Counted from the first letter of the stretch, positions 9,359 to 19,048 are shown. The stretch: DNA of 37,307 nt from Fibrobacteria bacterium (GCA_050486505.1 JBJHDK010000019.1:1-37307), one strand, 5' to 3'. The notes: generated from the sequence alone by a model not told the origin. Made by a program: numbers and translations.

Positions 9359-9736
9359 GTGTCTTCCCCGCAAAAAACAATCGTCGTTCTCGGGGCCTCG
9401 AACAACCCGGGTCGCGCCAGCAACATGCTTCTCGAGCGTCTCGCGTTCCGTGAAGGCCATGTGGTCATCCCGGTGCACCCGGCCCTGGATTCAGTTGCCG
9501 GGATCCCGGTGCGCAAGACTCTCGACGAAGTGCCCCACGGGCCCGACCTGCTGACGTTGTATGTCGGAGCGAAACGCAGCTCCGCGCTCCTCGACGCCAT
9601 CGTGCGGCTTGCTCCGCGCAAGGTGATTTTCAATCCCGGCGCCGAGAATCCGGCGCTGGAGTCCGCGCTCAACCTTGCCGGCATCGCGACGGAGAACGCC
9701 TGCTCGCTGGTGCTGCTCGCGCAGGATGCGCTCTGA
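9359..9736 (+). CDS. CoA-binding domain protein (YccU-like)
   Basis: VVLGASNNPGRAS, VIPVHP, VIFNPGAEN, ACSLVLL. Confidence 0.88.
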   Translation: MSSPQKTIVVLGASNNPGRASNMLLERLAFREGHVVIPVHPALDSVAGIPVRKTLDEVPHGPDLLTLYVGAKRSSALLDAIVRLAPRKVIFNPGAENPALESALNLAGIATENACSLVLLAQDAL

Positions 9737-9738
9737 CG

Positions 9739-10446
9739 ATGCCTTCCGTTCTCGCCGTCACGGAGCAGGTTTCCGCACTCTGGCTTTTTCTGTTTTCCTT
9801 GCTCGGGCTGTGCCTCGTGCCTGCCGCGGTCGGCCGTGCGACGTGGCTCTTTCCCGCGGCGTTCGGCGGGCTGGCGGCATTCCTACTGCTCGCCCCACCA
9901 TCGCTGCATCCCTTTCTAAACCCGTGGACGTTCGTGTTGCTGTTGCAGGGGGCGTGGATCCTCTTCGCGCTCGATCTTTTCACCCGGGGACGCGTCGCGA
10001 CGGCGCTCGACGCGGTGCCCGTGCGGGCGCTGGTTGCGCTGTCGCTGTTCCGTTTCATGGGGCTCCGCCACGTGCAGGCGGCGCTGGGCGGAGACTTGCC
10101 TCCCGAGTTCGCGCTCACGCTCGCGACGGGGGAGTTGTTCACCGCGTCGGGCGCGTTGTTGTTGTGGATCGTCTGGCGTCCGGAAAGCGGTTGGCATCGC
10201 GTCGCCCTGGTGATCTGGAACGCATGGGGGCTGATGACGGCGCTGGGGGTGGCGTTCCGGCTGCTGCGCTCCGCCCCGGCCCTGTCGTTTCTCCCGTTCA
10301 CGGAACCCTCGTTCGCGGCGCATGCGTATTTCACGCAGTGGCCCAATGCGCTGGAGGCGTTTTTCTGGATCCCGTTGGCGGTATGCCTGCACCTCGCGGT
10401 GTTTTACAGCTTGTACCGGAATCCGTCGCGCGGACCTAACTTGTAG
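9739..10446 (+). CDS. Hypothetical polytopic membrane protein
   Basis: About 7 hydrophobic segments; starts 2 nt after the upstream stop; host-like codon usage. Confidence 0.7.
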   Translation: MPSVLAVTEQVSALWLFLFSLLGLCLVPAAVGRATWLFPAAFGGLAAFLLLAPPSLHPFLNPWTFVLLLQGAWILFALDLFTRGRVATALDAVPVRALVALSLFRFMGLRHVQAALGGDLPPEFALTLATGELFTASGALLLWIVWRPESGWHRVALVIWNAWGLMTALGVAFRLLRSAPALSFLPFTEPSFAAHAYFTQWPNALEAFFWIPLAVCLHLAVFYSLYRNPSRGPNL

Positions 10447-10506
10447 CGGCATCGTGAGCCATCCGCGTCCCCCGCGTGCCCGCGGGGATTCCCAAAGGAG
10501 TCAGGC

Positions 10507-11367
10507 ATGCGCGCAGAGTTCCCCCATCCTTTCCGCAGTTCGTCCATCCGGTTCGTGTTGTTGCCGGTTTTGACCGTCGGACTTTTCGCCCAGTGCGCGT
10601 TCTTCGGCCTTGCGGGGCCGCTGCTGATTTCCGAGAAGGAGGAGGTGCGGCTCGGCTCCGAATTCGACCGGCATCTGCGCACCGATCCCGAGGCGCGCAA
10701 GGAGTTTCCCGTGTTCGTGGCGAACACCCCGGAGAAGCGGGCGTTCGAGAAGTATTTCACGGAGCTGGCCGAGTCCACGCTGGCCCTGGTTCCCAAGGGG
10801 GAACGACCGGGTTACGAATTCACGTTCACGTTGATCGATCAGGACATCAACAATGCGTTCGCGGTGCCGGGGGGGTACGTGTACTTCTACACGGGCATCA
10901 TCCGGTCGATGCAGGATGAGTCGGAGCTGGTGGGCGTGATCGGGCACGAGATCGCGCATGTGACGCGGCACCATTACCGCGATGCGCTGGCCAAGCAGGC
11001 GGGCATGGGGTTGCTGCTGCAGGCGCTGCTCGGAGACGATGCGGGGGCAGTGCGGCAGTTGGTCGCGCAGGTGTTCTTTTCGCTGGCCGCCCTTTCCGTT
11101 TCGCGCGACAACGAGTCGGACGCGGACCGGTACGGGACGCGTTACACGGCGAACATGGGGCGCAATCCGTTGGGCATTGCGAAGTATTTCGAGCGCGTGC
11201 AAAACCCCGGCCCCGAGTGGCTTTCAACCCACCCGGCGCCGAAGAACCGCGTGGAGCGCGTGAAGGCGCAGGTGCGGAACAGCGAGCGCATGGCGGCGCT
11301 GGCGGCCGATTCGGCGCGCACGAACAATCGCGAGCATTTCATGCGCATGACGGCGGCGATTCGGTGA
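10507..11367 (+). CDS. M48 family zinc metalloprotease (BepA/YfgC-like), exported
   Basis: NAFAVPGG, HEIAH zinc motif, ESDAD, WLSTHP. Confidence 0.92.
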   Translation: MRAEFPHPFRSSSIRFVLLPVLTVGLFAQCAFFGLAGPLLISEKEEVRLGSEFDRHLRTDPEARKEFPVFVANTPEKRAFEKYFTELAESTLALVPKGERPGYEFTFTLIDQDINNAFAVPGGYVYFYTGIIRSMQDESELVGVIGHEIAHVTRHHYRDALAKQAGMGLLLQALLGDDAGAVRQLVAQVFFSLAALSVSRDNESDADRYGTRYTANMGRNPLGIAKYFERVQNPGPEWLSTHPAPKNRVERVKAQVRNSERMAALAADSARTNNREHFMRMTAAIR

Positions 11368-11374
11368 GGTGGGC

Positions 11375-11800
11375 CTACGAGGCTTTGTAAGGCAGGGTGA
11401 GCAGGCGGATGTCGCCCGAGAGAGGTTCGAATTCCGGATCCTTGTGCATCAGGGCCGCTCCCAACCGCTTCGCCGTGGCTGCGATCCATGCATCGGCGAC
11501 CGAGAGTCGGTGGGAGGCTTTGATGCGACCGGCGGAGAGCCCCAATTCCTCATCGCTTTCGACGGTCTGGAGAGGCAGGTCGCGCAAGAGGGAGTAACGG
11601 TGACGCGCCTCGGCCTCTCCCCGTTCCTGGTGGTTCACGTAATAAAACTCCATCCAGGAAATGAACGAGACGAACACGCGCCGCCTGGATCCGTGCGCAC
11701 GGATGATTTTTTCCACGGCTTCCGCCCCGTCTTCGTCTTCGAGGAGACAGAGAAGTGCGGAAGTGTCGAGGACATAATAGTTGTCAGCGGAGGCGGGCAT
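11375..11800 (-). CDS. vapC: PIN-domain toxin of a type II TA system
   Basis: YVLDTSALL, E in SWMEFYY, LSVADAWIAATA, DPEF; overlaps the antitoxin 3' end. Confidence 0.9.
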   Translation of the reverse strand: MPASADNYYVLDTSALLCLLEDEDGAEAVEKIIRAHGSRRRVFVSFISWMEFYYVNHQERGEAEARHRYSLLRDLPLQTVESDEELGLSAGRIKASHRLSVADAWIAATAKRLGAALMHKDPEFEPLSGDIRLLTLPYKAS

Positions 11801-12011
11801 CTTCCCGCCGGGAGCGCAGCAAGGCTTTGAGGAGGCTTTCCCGCTTGGCGACGCCACGGAATGCGGCGACGGGATCCTTGGGAACGGGATGGATGTAAAT
11901 CAATTCCCCGTCATGAACCCACTGGAGTTTTTGCCCGGGCATGATGCGGAATTTTCGACGGATCGCTGCGGGCACGGCGGTCTGTCCTCTTTCCGTGATG
12001 GTCGTTTCCAT
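11784..12011 (-). CDS. vapB: AbrB/MazE/SpoVT-type antitoxin (75 aa)
   Basis: METTITERGQTAVPAAIRRKFRIMPGQKLQW AbrB pattern; C-terminal part of ORF 11784..12716; directly upstream of the PIN gene. Confidence 0.88.
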   Translation of the reverse strand: METTITERGQTAVPAAIRRKFRIMPGQKLQWVHDGELIYIHPVPKDPVAAFRGVAKRESLLKALLRSRREDARLR

Positions 12012-12017
12012 GCCTTG

Positions 12018-12046
12018 AGTATAATCACTGGATTTTATAACGACAA
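12018..12046 (-). promoter_or_regulatory. Sigma70-type promoter of vapBC, probably leaderless
   Basis: Minus strand TTGTCG-17 nt-TATACT-6 nt-ATG; imperfect inverted repeat TATAATC/GATTTTATA inside it is a candidate autorepression operator. Confidence 0.75.
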
Positions 12047-12100
12047 GGCGATTTTCAATAATAGCATGTAAATCCGTGAAGTTACATGTACTCTTTTTCA

Positions 12101-12790
12101 CTAAAACGGCGTGAACGGCGTCTGCCGCAGCACGTCCTTCGCCAGTTCGCGCGCGGCTTCGGCCCAGTTCGCGCTGCGCGCGTCGCGGCGGAACGTGGAG
12201 CTTCCCGAGGCGGTGCCGTGCGCCAACACCGAGTCCCCCGCATTGTCGCGGATCATCCATGTCGCGGTGACCGACAATGTGTTCATGATGCCCGCGCCTT
12301 CGGTGTATCCCTTGCGGATCCCCGGTTCCAGTTGCCCCGTGGCCGGGTCGAACGAGGGCGGTGTGGGGCGCACATAGCGGCGCGGCATGTTGCGCGATTC
12401 GAAGCTGAAGTCGAGGGAGCCGATCAAGAGCACGTAGCGGGAGGAATCGGCATCCGCCGCAGGCAACCGAAACGTCGCTGCGCCGGATTCGAGTTCCCGC
12501 GCACCGTCGAGAGGCTCCAGCGAGGCGGCGGAGGAATCGATGACATCGACGTTGCGCGAGGCCAGCGCGATGGCGGCCCCGAAGCGGGGTTGAAACTCGC
12601 GCGCGACGAGCAGGGCGGGGGAGGGCGCGGTGCGGGCGGGGCCGCGGTGAAACACGGCGACGGGATCGGCGCGGTCTGCGAAGACGATGCCGGAGGTGTC
12701 GAGCGGGGGGACCCACATCAGGTCGTGTTCTTGCGCCTGGGGCGCGAGGGCGGTCAGCAACAGGGCGGGGAGGATGGCGGTGCGGAGCAT
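12101..12790 (-). CDS. Hypothetical exported protein
   Basis: Signal peptide MLRTAILPALLLTALAPQAQE; TACCTT box 6 nt upstream of the ATG. Confidence 0.7.
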   Translation of the reverse strand: MLRTAILPALLLTALAPQAQEHDLMWVPPLDTSGIVFADRADPVAVFHRGPARTAPSPALLVAREFQPRFGAAIALASRNVDVIDSSAASLEPLDGARELESGAATFRLPAADADSSRYVLLIGSLDFSFESRNMPRRYVRPTPPSFDPATGQLEPGIRKGYTEGAGIMNTLSVTATWMIRDNAGDSVLAHGTASGSSTFRRDARSANWAEAARELAKDVLRQTPFTPF

Positions 12791-12831
12791 GTGGGAAAGG
12801 TAGTGCCGCTTCAATGTGCCTCAGTAGAAGC

Positions 12832-13707
12832 CTAGTTCAGCTTAAAGACCATCGGGTTAAATGCCTTGGACGTGATGAGAAGCTTGTCGCCAGGCTTCAA
12901 AGGATTCGCGTCCTCCGCGATGGAGGTAACCTTCACGACGTCGTTGCCGACCAGGATAGTCAACACGTACACAATGTCGCTTTGTTTTTTGTCCAGCAGG
13001 ACACCCGTAAAGCGAAATTTACTGGAAAGCTTTTCCTTCAGAAAGACCGTGTCGGGCTCACCGGAGCGAATGATTTTCCCTCGATCCAGGCAAAACACCC
13101 TACTGGACAGCCGGAAAATTTCCCCAATGTCGTGGCTCACCAAGATGGTGGGGACACCGAATCTTCTGTGGACACTTGCGATCTCATTCTGAAGTTTCAG
13201 GCGCATCTCCGAATCCAGTGCGGCGAATGGCTCATCAAGAAGAAGGATTTTCGGCCTGTTCACCAAGGCGCGCGCCAGGGCCACACGTTGTTTCTGCCCT
13301 CCCGAGAGCGTGTCGGGGCGCCGCCCTTCCAGTGAACGAAGGCCCATGACATCCAAAATATCGTTCACGTCGACCGCGTCTTTCTCCTTGGACGCGGCGA
13401 ATTCCAGATTTTTTCGAACAGTCATGTTGGGGAAAAGCGCGTAGTCCTGAAAAACCATCCCCGCCTTGCGTTTTTGCGGAGGCAGGTTGAGGCCTTTGCG
13501 GCTGTCGAACCACAAGCGGCCACCGGATTCTATGAAACCTTCGTCCGGATCCGTGAGACCCGCCACCATTCTCAGCACCGTGGTTTTCCCGGAACCCGAC
13601 TTTCCGAACAACGAAACGAGTTCTCCCTCCTTCACTTCCATTTCCGTGACAAGGTCGGTCTCACCGTCGGAAGTGTGCAGTCGCTTGCGGAGAGTGAACC
13701 GGATCAT
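12832..13707 (-). CDS. modC: Molybdate ABC transporter ATP-binding subunit
   Basis: GKSGSGKT, NLPPQKR, FQDYALFPNMTV, LSGGQKQRVALARA, LLLDEPF; downstream of modB. Confidence 0.9.
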   Translation of the reverse strand: MIRFTLRKRLHTSDGETDLVTEMEVKEGELVSLFGKSGSGKTTVLRMVAGLTDPDEGFIESGGRLWFDSRKGLNLPPQKRKAGMVFQDYALFPNMTVRKNLEFAASKEKDAVDVNDILDVMGLRSLEGRRPDTLSGGQKQRVALARALVNRPKILLLDEPFAALDSEMRLKLQNEIASVHRRFGVPTILVSHDIGEIFRLSSRVFCLDRGKIIRSGEPDTVFLKEKLSSKFRFTGVLLDKKQSDIVYVLTILVGNDVVKVTSIAEDANPLKPGDKLLITSKAFNPMVFKLN

Positions 13708-14387
13708 CGCGTCCCCATGGGTCCGAAGGATTTTCGATTAACCAAGAAGAGGATAAGCATCACGGTAAAGGAGAACGTGAACAGAATGAACGCATAGGAG
13801 TGCGCAGCCGGGAACCGCAGAGCCTCCACTTCGTCGTAGATGGCCATGGATGCGACGCGAGTTTGTCCCGGGATTTTTCCGCCGATCATCAGCACGACGC
13901 CGAATTCCCCCATCGTATGGGCGAAACTCAGAACAGTTCCCGACAGCAGGGCAGGCTTCAGGTTGGGCAAAAGCACCCTCAACAGCGTTTCGACCTTGGA
14001 TTTCCCCAATACATACGCAGCCTCGGAAAGGCTTTTCGGGAGGGCATCCAACCCCGAAAGCAACGGATTCATCATGAACGGCAAGCTGAAGATCACAGAA
14101 CCCACGACCAGACCGGAGAAGGTGAACGCAAGGTTGACATTCAAATTATCCCTCATAAAACGGCCCACGAAATAGGCCGGACTGAACGTAAGCAGCAAAT
14201 AAAAGCCCAGGACCGTGGGAGGAAGCACCAAGGGCATTGACAACAGGGCTTGCAGGGGATAACGGATCCCCGGCCGTCGTGGGGAAAGCCACCAGGCCAA
14301 CGGAAGGCAAATCACGAAAAGAATCACGGTGGTCAGGAAGGAAAGCTTCAGGGAAAGCCAAATCGGTCCCAGATCCACGGCTGTCAC
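13704..14387 (-). CDS. modB: Molybdate ABC transporter permease
   Basis: PLVLPPTVLGFYLL, EAA loop, FAHTMGEFGVVLMIGG; GTG start overlaps the upstream stop. Confidence 0.95.
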   Translation of the reverse strand: MTAVDLGPIWLSLKLSFLTTVILFVICLPLAWWLSPRRPGIRYPLQALLSMPLVLPPTVLGFYLLLTFSPAYFVGRFMRDNLNVNLAFTFSGLVVGSVIFSLPFMMNPLLSGLDALPKSLSEAAYVLGKSKVETLLRVLLPNLKPALLSGTVLSFAHTMGEFGVVLMIGGKIPGQTRVASMAIYDEVEALRFPAAHSYAFILFTFSFTVMLILFLVNRKSFGPMGTR

Positions 14388-14791
14388 GGGGCCTCCTCCA
14401 GACTGATCTCCGTGGACTTGACGAGGGCAAAGACCCTGTCGCCCGCTTGAATTTCCATCGCGTCGCGGGACTTCGAGGTGATCAACGCCCGGATCGGGTG
14501 TCCCCAATAATCCAAGGTGATTTCGGACAACAAGATCCCCCTCTGCACATTTTGAACGATGGCAGAAAATCGGCTACGGACACTCAGCATCGGTAGGGTT
14601 CCCTTTGCCAGAAAAACTTCCGTTTCCTTGAAAATCACGGAGACCTTCCCGCCAGCCCGCAAATACGGCGAGGTTGCAGGGATATCCAGAACAAGTGCTG
14701 TCACCACTTCGTGGGAGGGTATCGCTACCTCCACCAAGGACATCCCATCCGTGGTTTCAACGGCGATAATGCTGCCAGGAATTCGATTCAT
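14384..14791 (-). CDS. Tandem TOBE (molbindin/Mop-like) domain protein
   Basis: Two repeats ending FKETEV and LVKSTEI; LSVRSR molbindin-like motif; lies between modA and modB. Confidence 0.85.
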   Translation of the reverse strand: MNRIPGSIIAVETTDGMSLVEVAIPSHEVVTALVLDIPATSPYLRAGGKVSVIFKETEVFLAKGTLPMLSVRSRFSAIVQNVQRGILLSEITLDYWGHPIRALITSKSRDAMEIQAGDRVFALVKSTEISLEEAP

Positions 14792-14811
14792 AACGATGTA
14801 ATGCTGGTCGG

Positions 14812-15579
14812 CTAGGGTGCGTCGTAGCCATATTGACGAAGAATCTGTCCTGCCCTTCCTGAATGCAGAAATCGAAGGAAATGCGCCGACGCCGTCGGGT
14901 TGTTCTCCCATCCGTAATGACTGACCAACGCCCCATGGGTAATGCGGTCATAAAGGGCACTATCCACCTCAACCCACCTTCCCTTTCCCTTCATTTCAGG
15001 TGCCAGCACCACCGATTTAGCGGTAAATCCGATTTCCACGTTCCCGTTGAGGATGTACTGGTTGACCTGTCCGATGTTTTGACCGCGCACCAACTTGGGA
15101 AGAACTTGATCATAAAGACCTGCCTTACGCAAAACCATAACGGCCTCTCGGCCGAAGGGAGCATTTTCAGGATCAGCGATCGCGATTTTCCTTACTTCAG
15201 AACTTTCGAGGATCTGTATCCCCTGTTCCAAATCCAGGCCTGTCAGTGTCCACAACACCAGCCTTCCCTTCGCGTAAGGGCGAGGCGGATGCCGCGAAAA
15301 TCCCCACTTGTACAAGGAATCCGGAAAATTCATGTCGGCGGAAACAAACACGTCATAAGGGGCTCCGTGGCGGATTTGAGCCGTCAGCTTACCCGATGCG
15401 CCATAAACCGTTCTGATTTCAGTTCCCGTCCGCTGACTGAACTCCTCCTTGAGCCTTTCCATGACGGGTTGCAAACTGGAAGCCGCCGCCACGGTGATTT
15501 GGCCATGACCGGTTCCAAGGATCAGGATCGTGAAAAGAAATGCCAGATGATACCGATCAAGATTGATGCAACTTCTCAT
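14812..15579 (-). CDS. modA: Molybdate ABC transporter substrate-binding protein
   Basis: VAAASSL, GASGKLTAQI..GAPYDVFVSAD, IAIADPENAPFG, ILRQYGY. Confidence 0.95.
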   Translation of the reverse strand: MRSCINLDRYHLAFLFTILILGTGHGQITVAAASSLQPVMERLKEEFSQRTGTEIRTVYGASGKLTAQIRHGAPYDVFVSADMNFPDSLYKWGFSRHPPRPYAKGRLVLWTLTGLDLEQGIQILESSEVRKIAIADPENAPFGREAVMVLRKAGLYDQVLPKLVRGQNIGQVNQYILNGNVEIGFTAKSVVLAPEMKGKGRWVEVDSALYDRITHGALVSHYGWENNPTASAHFLRFLHSGRAGQILRQYGYDAP

Positions 15580-16385
15580 GATGGATGAGTTCCCCTTCTC
15601 TTTCTGAAAAATCGGCCATGGCGATTCCGTTCCAATGCTTTCCAGGCCCCGATAAATAGCATGAAGGCAATCACGATCAGTAGTGCCGCAGGAAATGCGT
15701 TTATGTCACTTTTCCCGGATAACAATGCCCCTCTCAAAACATCCACCACAGAACTCAGGGGATTCCAGTATGCAATGCCTGCCAACCAATCAGGCATTTG
15801 CCGGGCGGGAACTAATGCCGTACTGGTAAAGAAAACTGGCATGTTGAAGGCCTGAATAAAGACCCCCAATGTTTCTTGGGAACGGGTCTTCAGTGCAATC
15901 CAGCAGGAGAGGCTTGAATAGGCTACGACAAACAATGCTAGGTATGCGATTGCAGGAAGGAGGGAATACAGGCCCGGAGAGATGCGCGCACCCAAGGCAA
16001 CGCCCAAAAGGCAGACCACAAAAGCCTGAACAAGCAGGCGTGTCGTATCGGCAACGAGCTTACCTGCGAGCAAGCACGCGCCGGGCGCAGGGGTATGGAG
16101 GATACGTTCCAGAAAACCTCCCTGCATGTCGCGAATCAGCCCGACGCCGGATTGAGAGGCTCCGAAAAGAACCGTCATGCCGCACACCCCCGGCAATAGG
16201 AATTGAAGATAGGTGACGTCTGGCGTGGCTTCCAAAAGGTAACGGTGGAAAAGAAATCCGAAGAAAAACATCCACATCAGCGGCTGGACAAAGGAGAACA
16301 CCAGTACAATGGGGCGCCGCATTGTCTTCTTCCATGTCCGAATGAGCATGACATAAAAAGTTGCCGTAACGGAGCGCAATGACAT
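15576..16385 (-). CDS. ABC-2 type (DrrB-like) exporter permease
   Basis: FVQPLMW, YLQFLLPG, GFLERILHTP, MPDWL..IAYWNPLS. Confidence 0.9.
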   Translation of the reverse strand: MSLRSVTATFYVMLIRTWKKTMRRPIVLVFSFVQPLMWMFFFGFLFHRYLLEATPDVTYLQFLLPGVCGMTVLFGASQSGVGLIRDMQGGFLERILHTPAPGACLLAGKLVADTTRLLVQAFVVCLLGVALGARISPGLYSLLPAIAYLALFVVAYSSLSCWIALKTRSQETLGVFIQAFNMPVFFTSTALVPARQMPDWLAGIAYWNPLSSVVDVLRGALLSGKSDINAFPAALLIVIAFMLFIGAWKALERNRHGRFFRKRRGTHPS

Positions 16386-16389
16386 GACG

Positions 16390-17412
16390 TCAATCTTTCC
16401 GTTCTTTTCGGTCAACTTGGTCCGCCCCTCCGTGCAGAGACTCCGACAAGCTCATTTCCAATCCGGTCAGATTACGATAAACCCCGGCAAGATCCGGACG
16501 GCGGCGCTCATAGGCTAGCACATCCATATCTGCGCTTTTCAGCACAGAAAGGATGTTCTCATCCGCAAGTGACCCACCCCGGAGCCAGAGCATTATGGAT
16601 CCCTGGTCTGCGTCCAAGGAATGGATTCCGGGCAACGCCCGCAGCCTCTCAAGGAGGTCGTTTTGCGTCCGCGCGCGGCGAACCAAGGTCGCCTTCCACT
16701 GCCATAGGCCGTGATGCGCGATCATTTCCTGCGGTGATCCTTCGGCGCGAATCGTTCCGCCAGCCATTAGAACCACCTTGTCGCACTGATCCGCAGCTTC
16801 CCGCAGATCGTGAAGGGAGATCACCACGGTACCTCCCCGGCGGGTGAAATCTTGAAGCCGCTCCCACAGAATTCGCCTTCCTTCCGGATCCAAGCCGGAT
16901 ACGGCTTCGTCGAGAAAGATGATGCGCGGTTTGTGTAAAAACTCCAGCAGGATGTGGAGGCGCTGCCGCATTCCTCCCGACCACGTGGATACGGATGTGG
17001 GCGCCTTACGAGACAGGTCAAAGGCTTCCAGCAGTTCGGAAGCACGCCCTTCAATCACTGGGAGCGGCAGCCCGTGCAGGCGGCCAAAAAAAAGGGCGGT
17101 CTCCCTGCCTGTCATTTCCGGATCCAAGGCTTGCTCTTGGGAAACGAATCCGATGGAGGCACGGGAATCCCTTGAACCACCGCACCTTCCGAAAAGTTGA
17201 ACCCCGCCCTCATCGGGAACAAGACGCCCGGCCAGAATCTTCATCAGCGTGGTTTTACCCGAACCATTGGCACCGATAAGTCCCACAATTTCACCGGCGC
17301 ACGCCTCGAAACTCACACCTTCCAAAGCTTTCGTGCCTGAATAGGTCTTACATAGTGACCTGCCTAGAACGGCGGGCGAAATCTCATTCGGCGTGGATGA
17401 TGCTGCCGACAT
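16390..17412 (-). CDS. ABC-2 type (DrrA-like) exporter ATP-binding subunit
   Basis: GANGSGKT, WSGGMRQR, IFLDEAVSGLDP; start uncertain because it overlaps the upstream gene end. Confidence 0.88.
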   Translation of the reverse strand: MSAASSTPNEISPAVLGRSLCKTYSGTKALEGVSFEACAGEIVGLIGANGSGKTTLMKILAGRLVPDEGGVQLFGRCGGSRDSRASIGFVSQEQALDPEMTGRETALFFGRLHGLPLPVIEGRASELLEAFDLSRKAPTSVSTWSGGMRQRLHILLEFLHKPRIIFLDEAVSGLDPEGRRILWERLQDFTRRGGTVVISLHDLREAADQCDKVVLMAGGTIRAEGSPQEMIAHHGLWQWKATLVRRARTQNDLLERLRALPGIHSLDADQGSIMLWLRGGSLADENILSVLKSADMDVLAYERRRPDLAGVYRNLTGLEMSLSESLHGGADQVDRKERKD

Positions 17413-18202
17413 GTTCACCCTTGATCGCGGCTTCGATCGTGTCCGGTTTCAAACCGTTCACCAGCTGGAAACGTTTGACGAGACGCGTGGTCTTCAAAAT
17501 CTCCAGTAAAACCTCGTCAAACGGAAGTGTCGGAAGTTGTTTCTTTTTCAAGTCACCCACGGAGATTTCATCGATGAATTCCGCTGAAGGGTTATTCTTG
17601 GGATCCTGCGTGTACAGGCCATCCACGTCTTTGACCAGAGTGACGGATTTACACCCGAAACATTCTGCCAGAATGAAACATCCCGCATCTGTACGATGGG
17701 GAGGAATACGCCCCACTGCGGGTGGGTGCTCCCAGATGGAATAGGGCGGTACCCCATTGAAGATCACACCCGGCGCAGACTGAATAAAGAGCGGGAGCAG
17801 GTGGCCGAAAATTTCAGGTGGAATTGCCACGACTCCGTGCGGAGCCAGAAGGGCACCCAGCACATGGGCGTTTCCCAAAGCATCCGCCATGGCCAATTGC
17901 GCCAGCACTCCCGTGGGGAGGCCCAAATCAAGGCCGACGGAAAAAACATGCCTGCTGCGGGTCCCGCCTCCGACGCCCAGAATCAAACGCTCCTTTTTCA
18001 AAACCCCGCTCAGCACTTCCACGACAGGATAAAGCGCTCCCTTTCCCGCGTCGATCAGAGAGCGGCCCCCGATCTTAACCACATGAACGTCCGGCAACAT
18101 TCTAACGACCGGAGTTTCCGTGGCCGCCATGACATCCTTGTCAATCAGGCTTTCACGCATGAGGCCGGAAAAAACGTGGTGTCTGCCATCCTTCTGGATC
18201 AT
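17384..18202 (-). CDS. mosA: Molybdenum storage protein alpha-like subunit (amino-acid-kinase fold), divergent
   Basis: HHVFSGLMRESLIDKD N-terminus, VVKIGG, RSRHVFSVGLDLGLP, RIPPHRTDAG, DVDGLYT, GEHVGSII; resembles Azotobacter MosA as recalled. Confidence 0.78.
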   Translation of the reverse strand: MIQKDGRHHVFSGLMRESLIDKDVMAATETPVVRMLPDVHVVKIGGRSLIDAGKGALYPVVEVLSGVLKKERLILGVGGGTRSRHVFSVGLDLGLPTGVLAQLAMADALGNAHVLGALLAPHGVVAIPPEIFGHLLPLFIQSAPGVIFNGVPPYSIWEHPPAVGRIPPHRTDAGCFILAECFGCKSVTLVKDVDGLYTQDPKNNPSAEFIDEISVGDLKKKQLPTLPFDEVLLEILKTTRLVKRFQLVNGLKPDTIEAAIKGEHVGSIIHAE

Positions 18203-18218
18203 GTCTCACTCCCTCCGC

Positions 18219-19034
18219 CTAATCGGCGGTAATCAAGGTTCCGACATTCTCTTCGTTCAATGCCTTGGTGAGGGTTCCTCGTTTCAATCCGTTGATAATG
18301 CGAATGGATCGGCGATGAGCCGCATTCTGCATCATGTCCAGCACGGGCGGTTCCACGACCATGTCCCGGAGGTTCAGCGCCTTGAGTTCGGACACGCTGA
18401 TTTTATCGATGAATTTCGCCCGCTTGTCTTTCTTGGGATCCGCAGTGTACAGCCCTTTTTCATCCTTGACGTAAATCATGGAGCGGGTTCCAAAGACTTC
18501 GCTGATCAGGTAGGAACCTGTGTCGGTGCGATGCGGAGGAATGCGGCCGACAAGCGGATTTTGCTGCCAGAAGGTATAGGGCGGCATGCCCATGAAAATC
18601 ACGGCCCGTCGTTCGGCAAGATAGAGGGGAAGTTGGGGGAATTGTACTGGTTCGATGAAAGGAATTCCGTGTTTGGCCAGGAGATAGTGCAACATGCGAG
18701 CGTTCTGCATGCTCACGAAGGTTCCCAGGACGCTGAGCACCCCTGTGGGCATCCCCAGGTCAATCCCTACGCTGTAAGCATGCCGGGCGCGGGTACCGGC
18801 ACCGGTTCCGATAATCATCTTGTGGCGGGGGAGGTTTTCCACCAGTTCATCGAGAAACGGGGAAACCGCGACTCTTCCTCTGTCGATGAAACTTTGCCCT
18901 CCGACCTTCAGGACGTTCGCGTCGGGAAGAATCTGAATGGAGGCGGGCTCCGAGGTTTGCCGCAGGAGTTCCGGATCGGTCAGACTTCCCTGCGCCAAGG
19001 ACGCGCCCAGTCGGGCCAGTAAAGTGCTCGACAT
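18219..19034 (-). CDS. mosB: Molybdenum storage protein beta-like subunit
   Basis: SLTDPEL, ILPDANVLKVGGQSFIDRGR, IGTGAGTRARH, LLAKHGIP, GMPPY, IYVKDEKGLYTADPK; close to Azotobacter MosB as recalled. Confidence 0.85.
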   Translation of the reverse strand: MSSTLLARLGASLAQGSLTDPELLRQTSEPASIQILPDANVLKVGGQSFIDRGRVAVSPFLDELVENLPRHKMIIGTGAGTRARHAYSVGIDLGMPTGVLSVLGTFVSMQNARMLHYLLAKHGIPFIEPVQFPQLPLYLAERRAVIFMGMPPYTFWQQNPLVGRIPPHRTDTGSYLISEVFGTRSMIYVKDEKGLYTADPKKDKRAKFIDKISVSELKALNLRDMVVEPPVLDMMQNAAHRRSIRIINGLKRGTLTKALNEENVGTLITAD

Positions 19035-19048
19035 CAAAACCCCTTTCG

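Noticed and set aside
10467..10491. CCCCGCG-TGCC-CGCGGGG hairpin as a terminator
   Set aside because: No U-tract; could be a REP remnant but is single-copy here
11784..12716. 310-aa ORF as a long antitoxin fusion
   Set aside because: Only the last 75 codons resemble AbrB and have their own promoter; the rest overlaps another gene out of frame
17384..19034. Two uridylate kinases (pyrH), or evidence of nitrogen fixation
   Set aside because: Motifs and mod context fit Mo storage subunits; no nif genes in the window, so diazotrophy cannot be claimed
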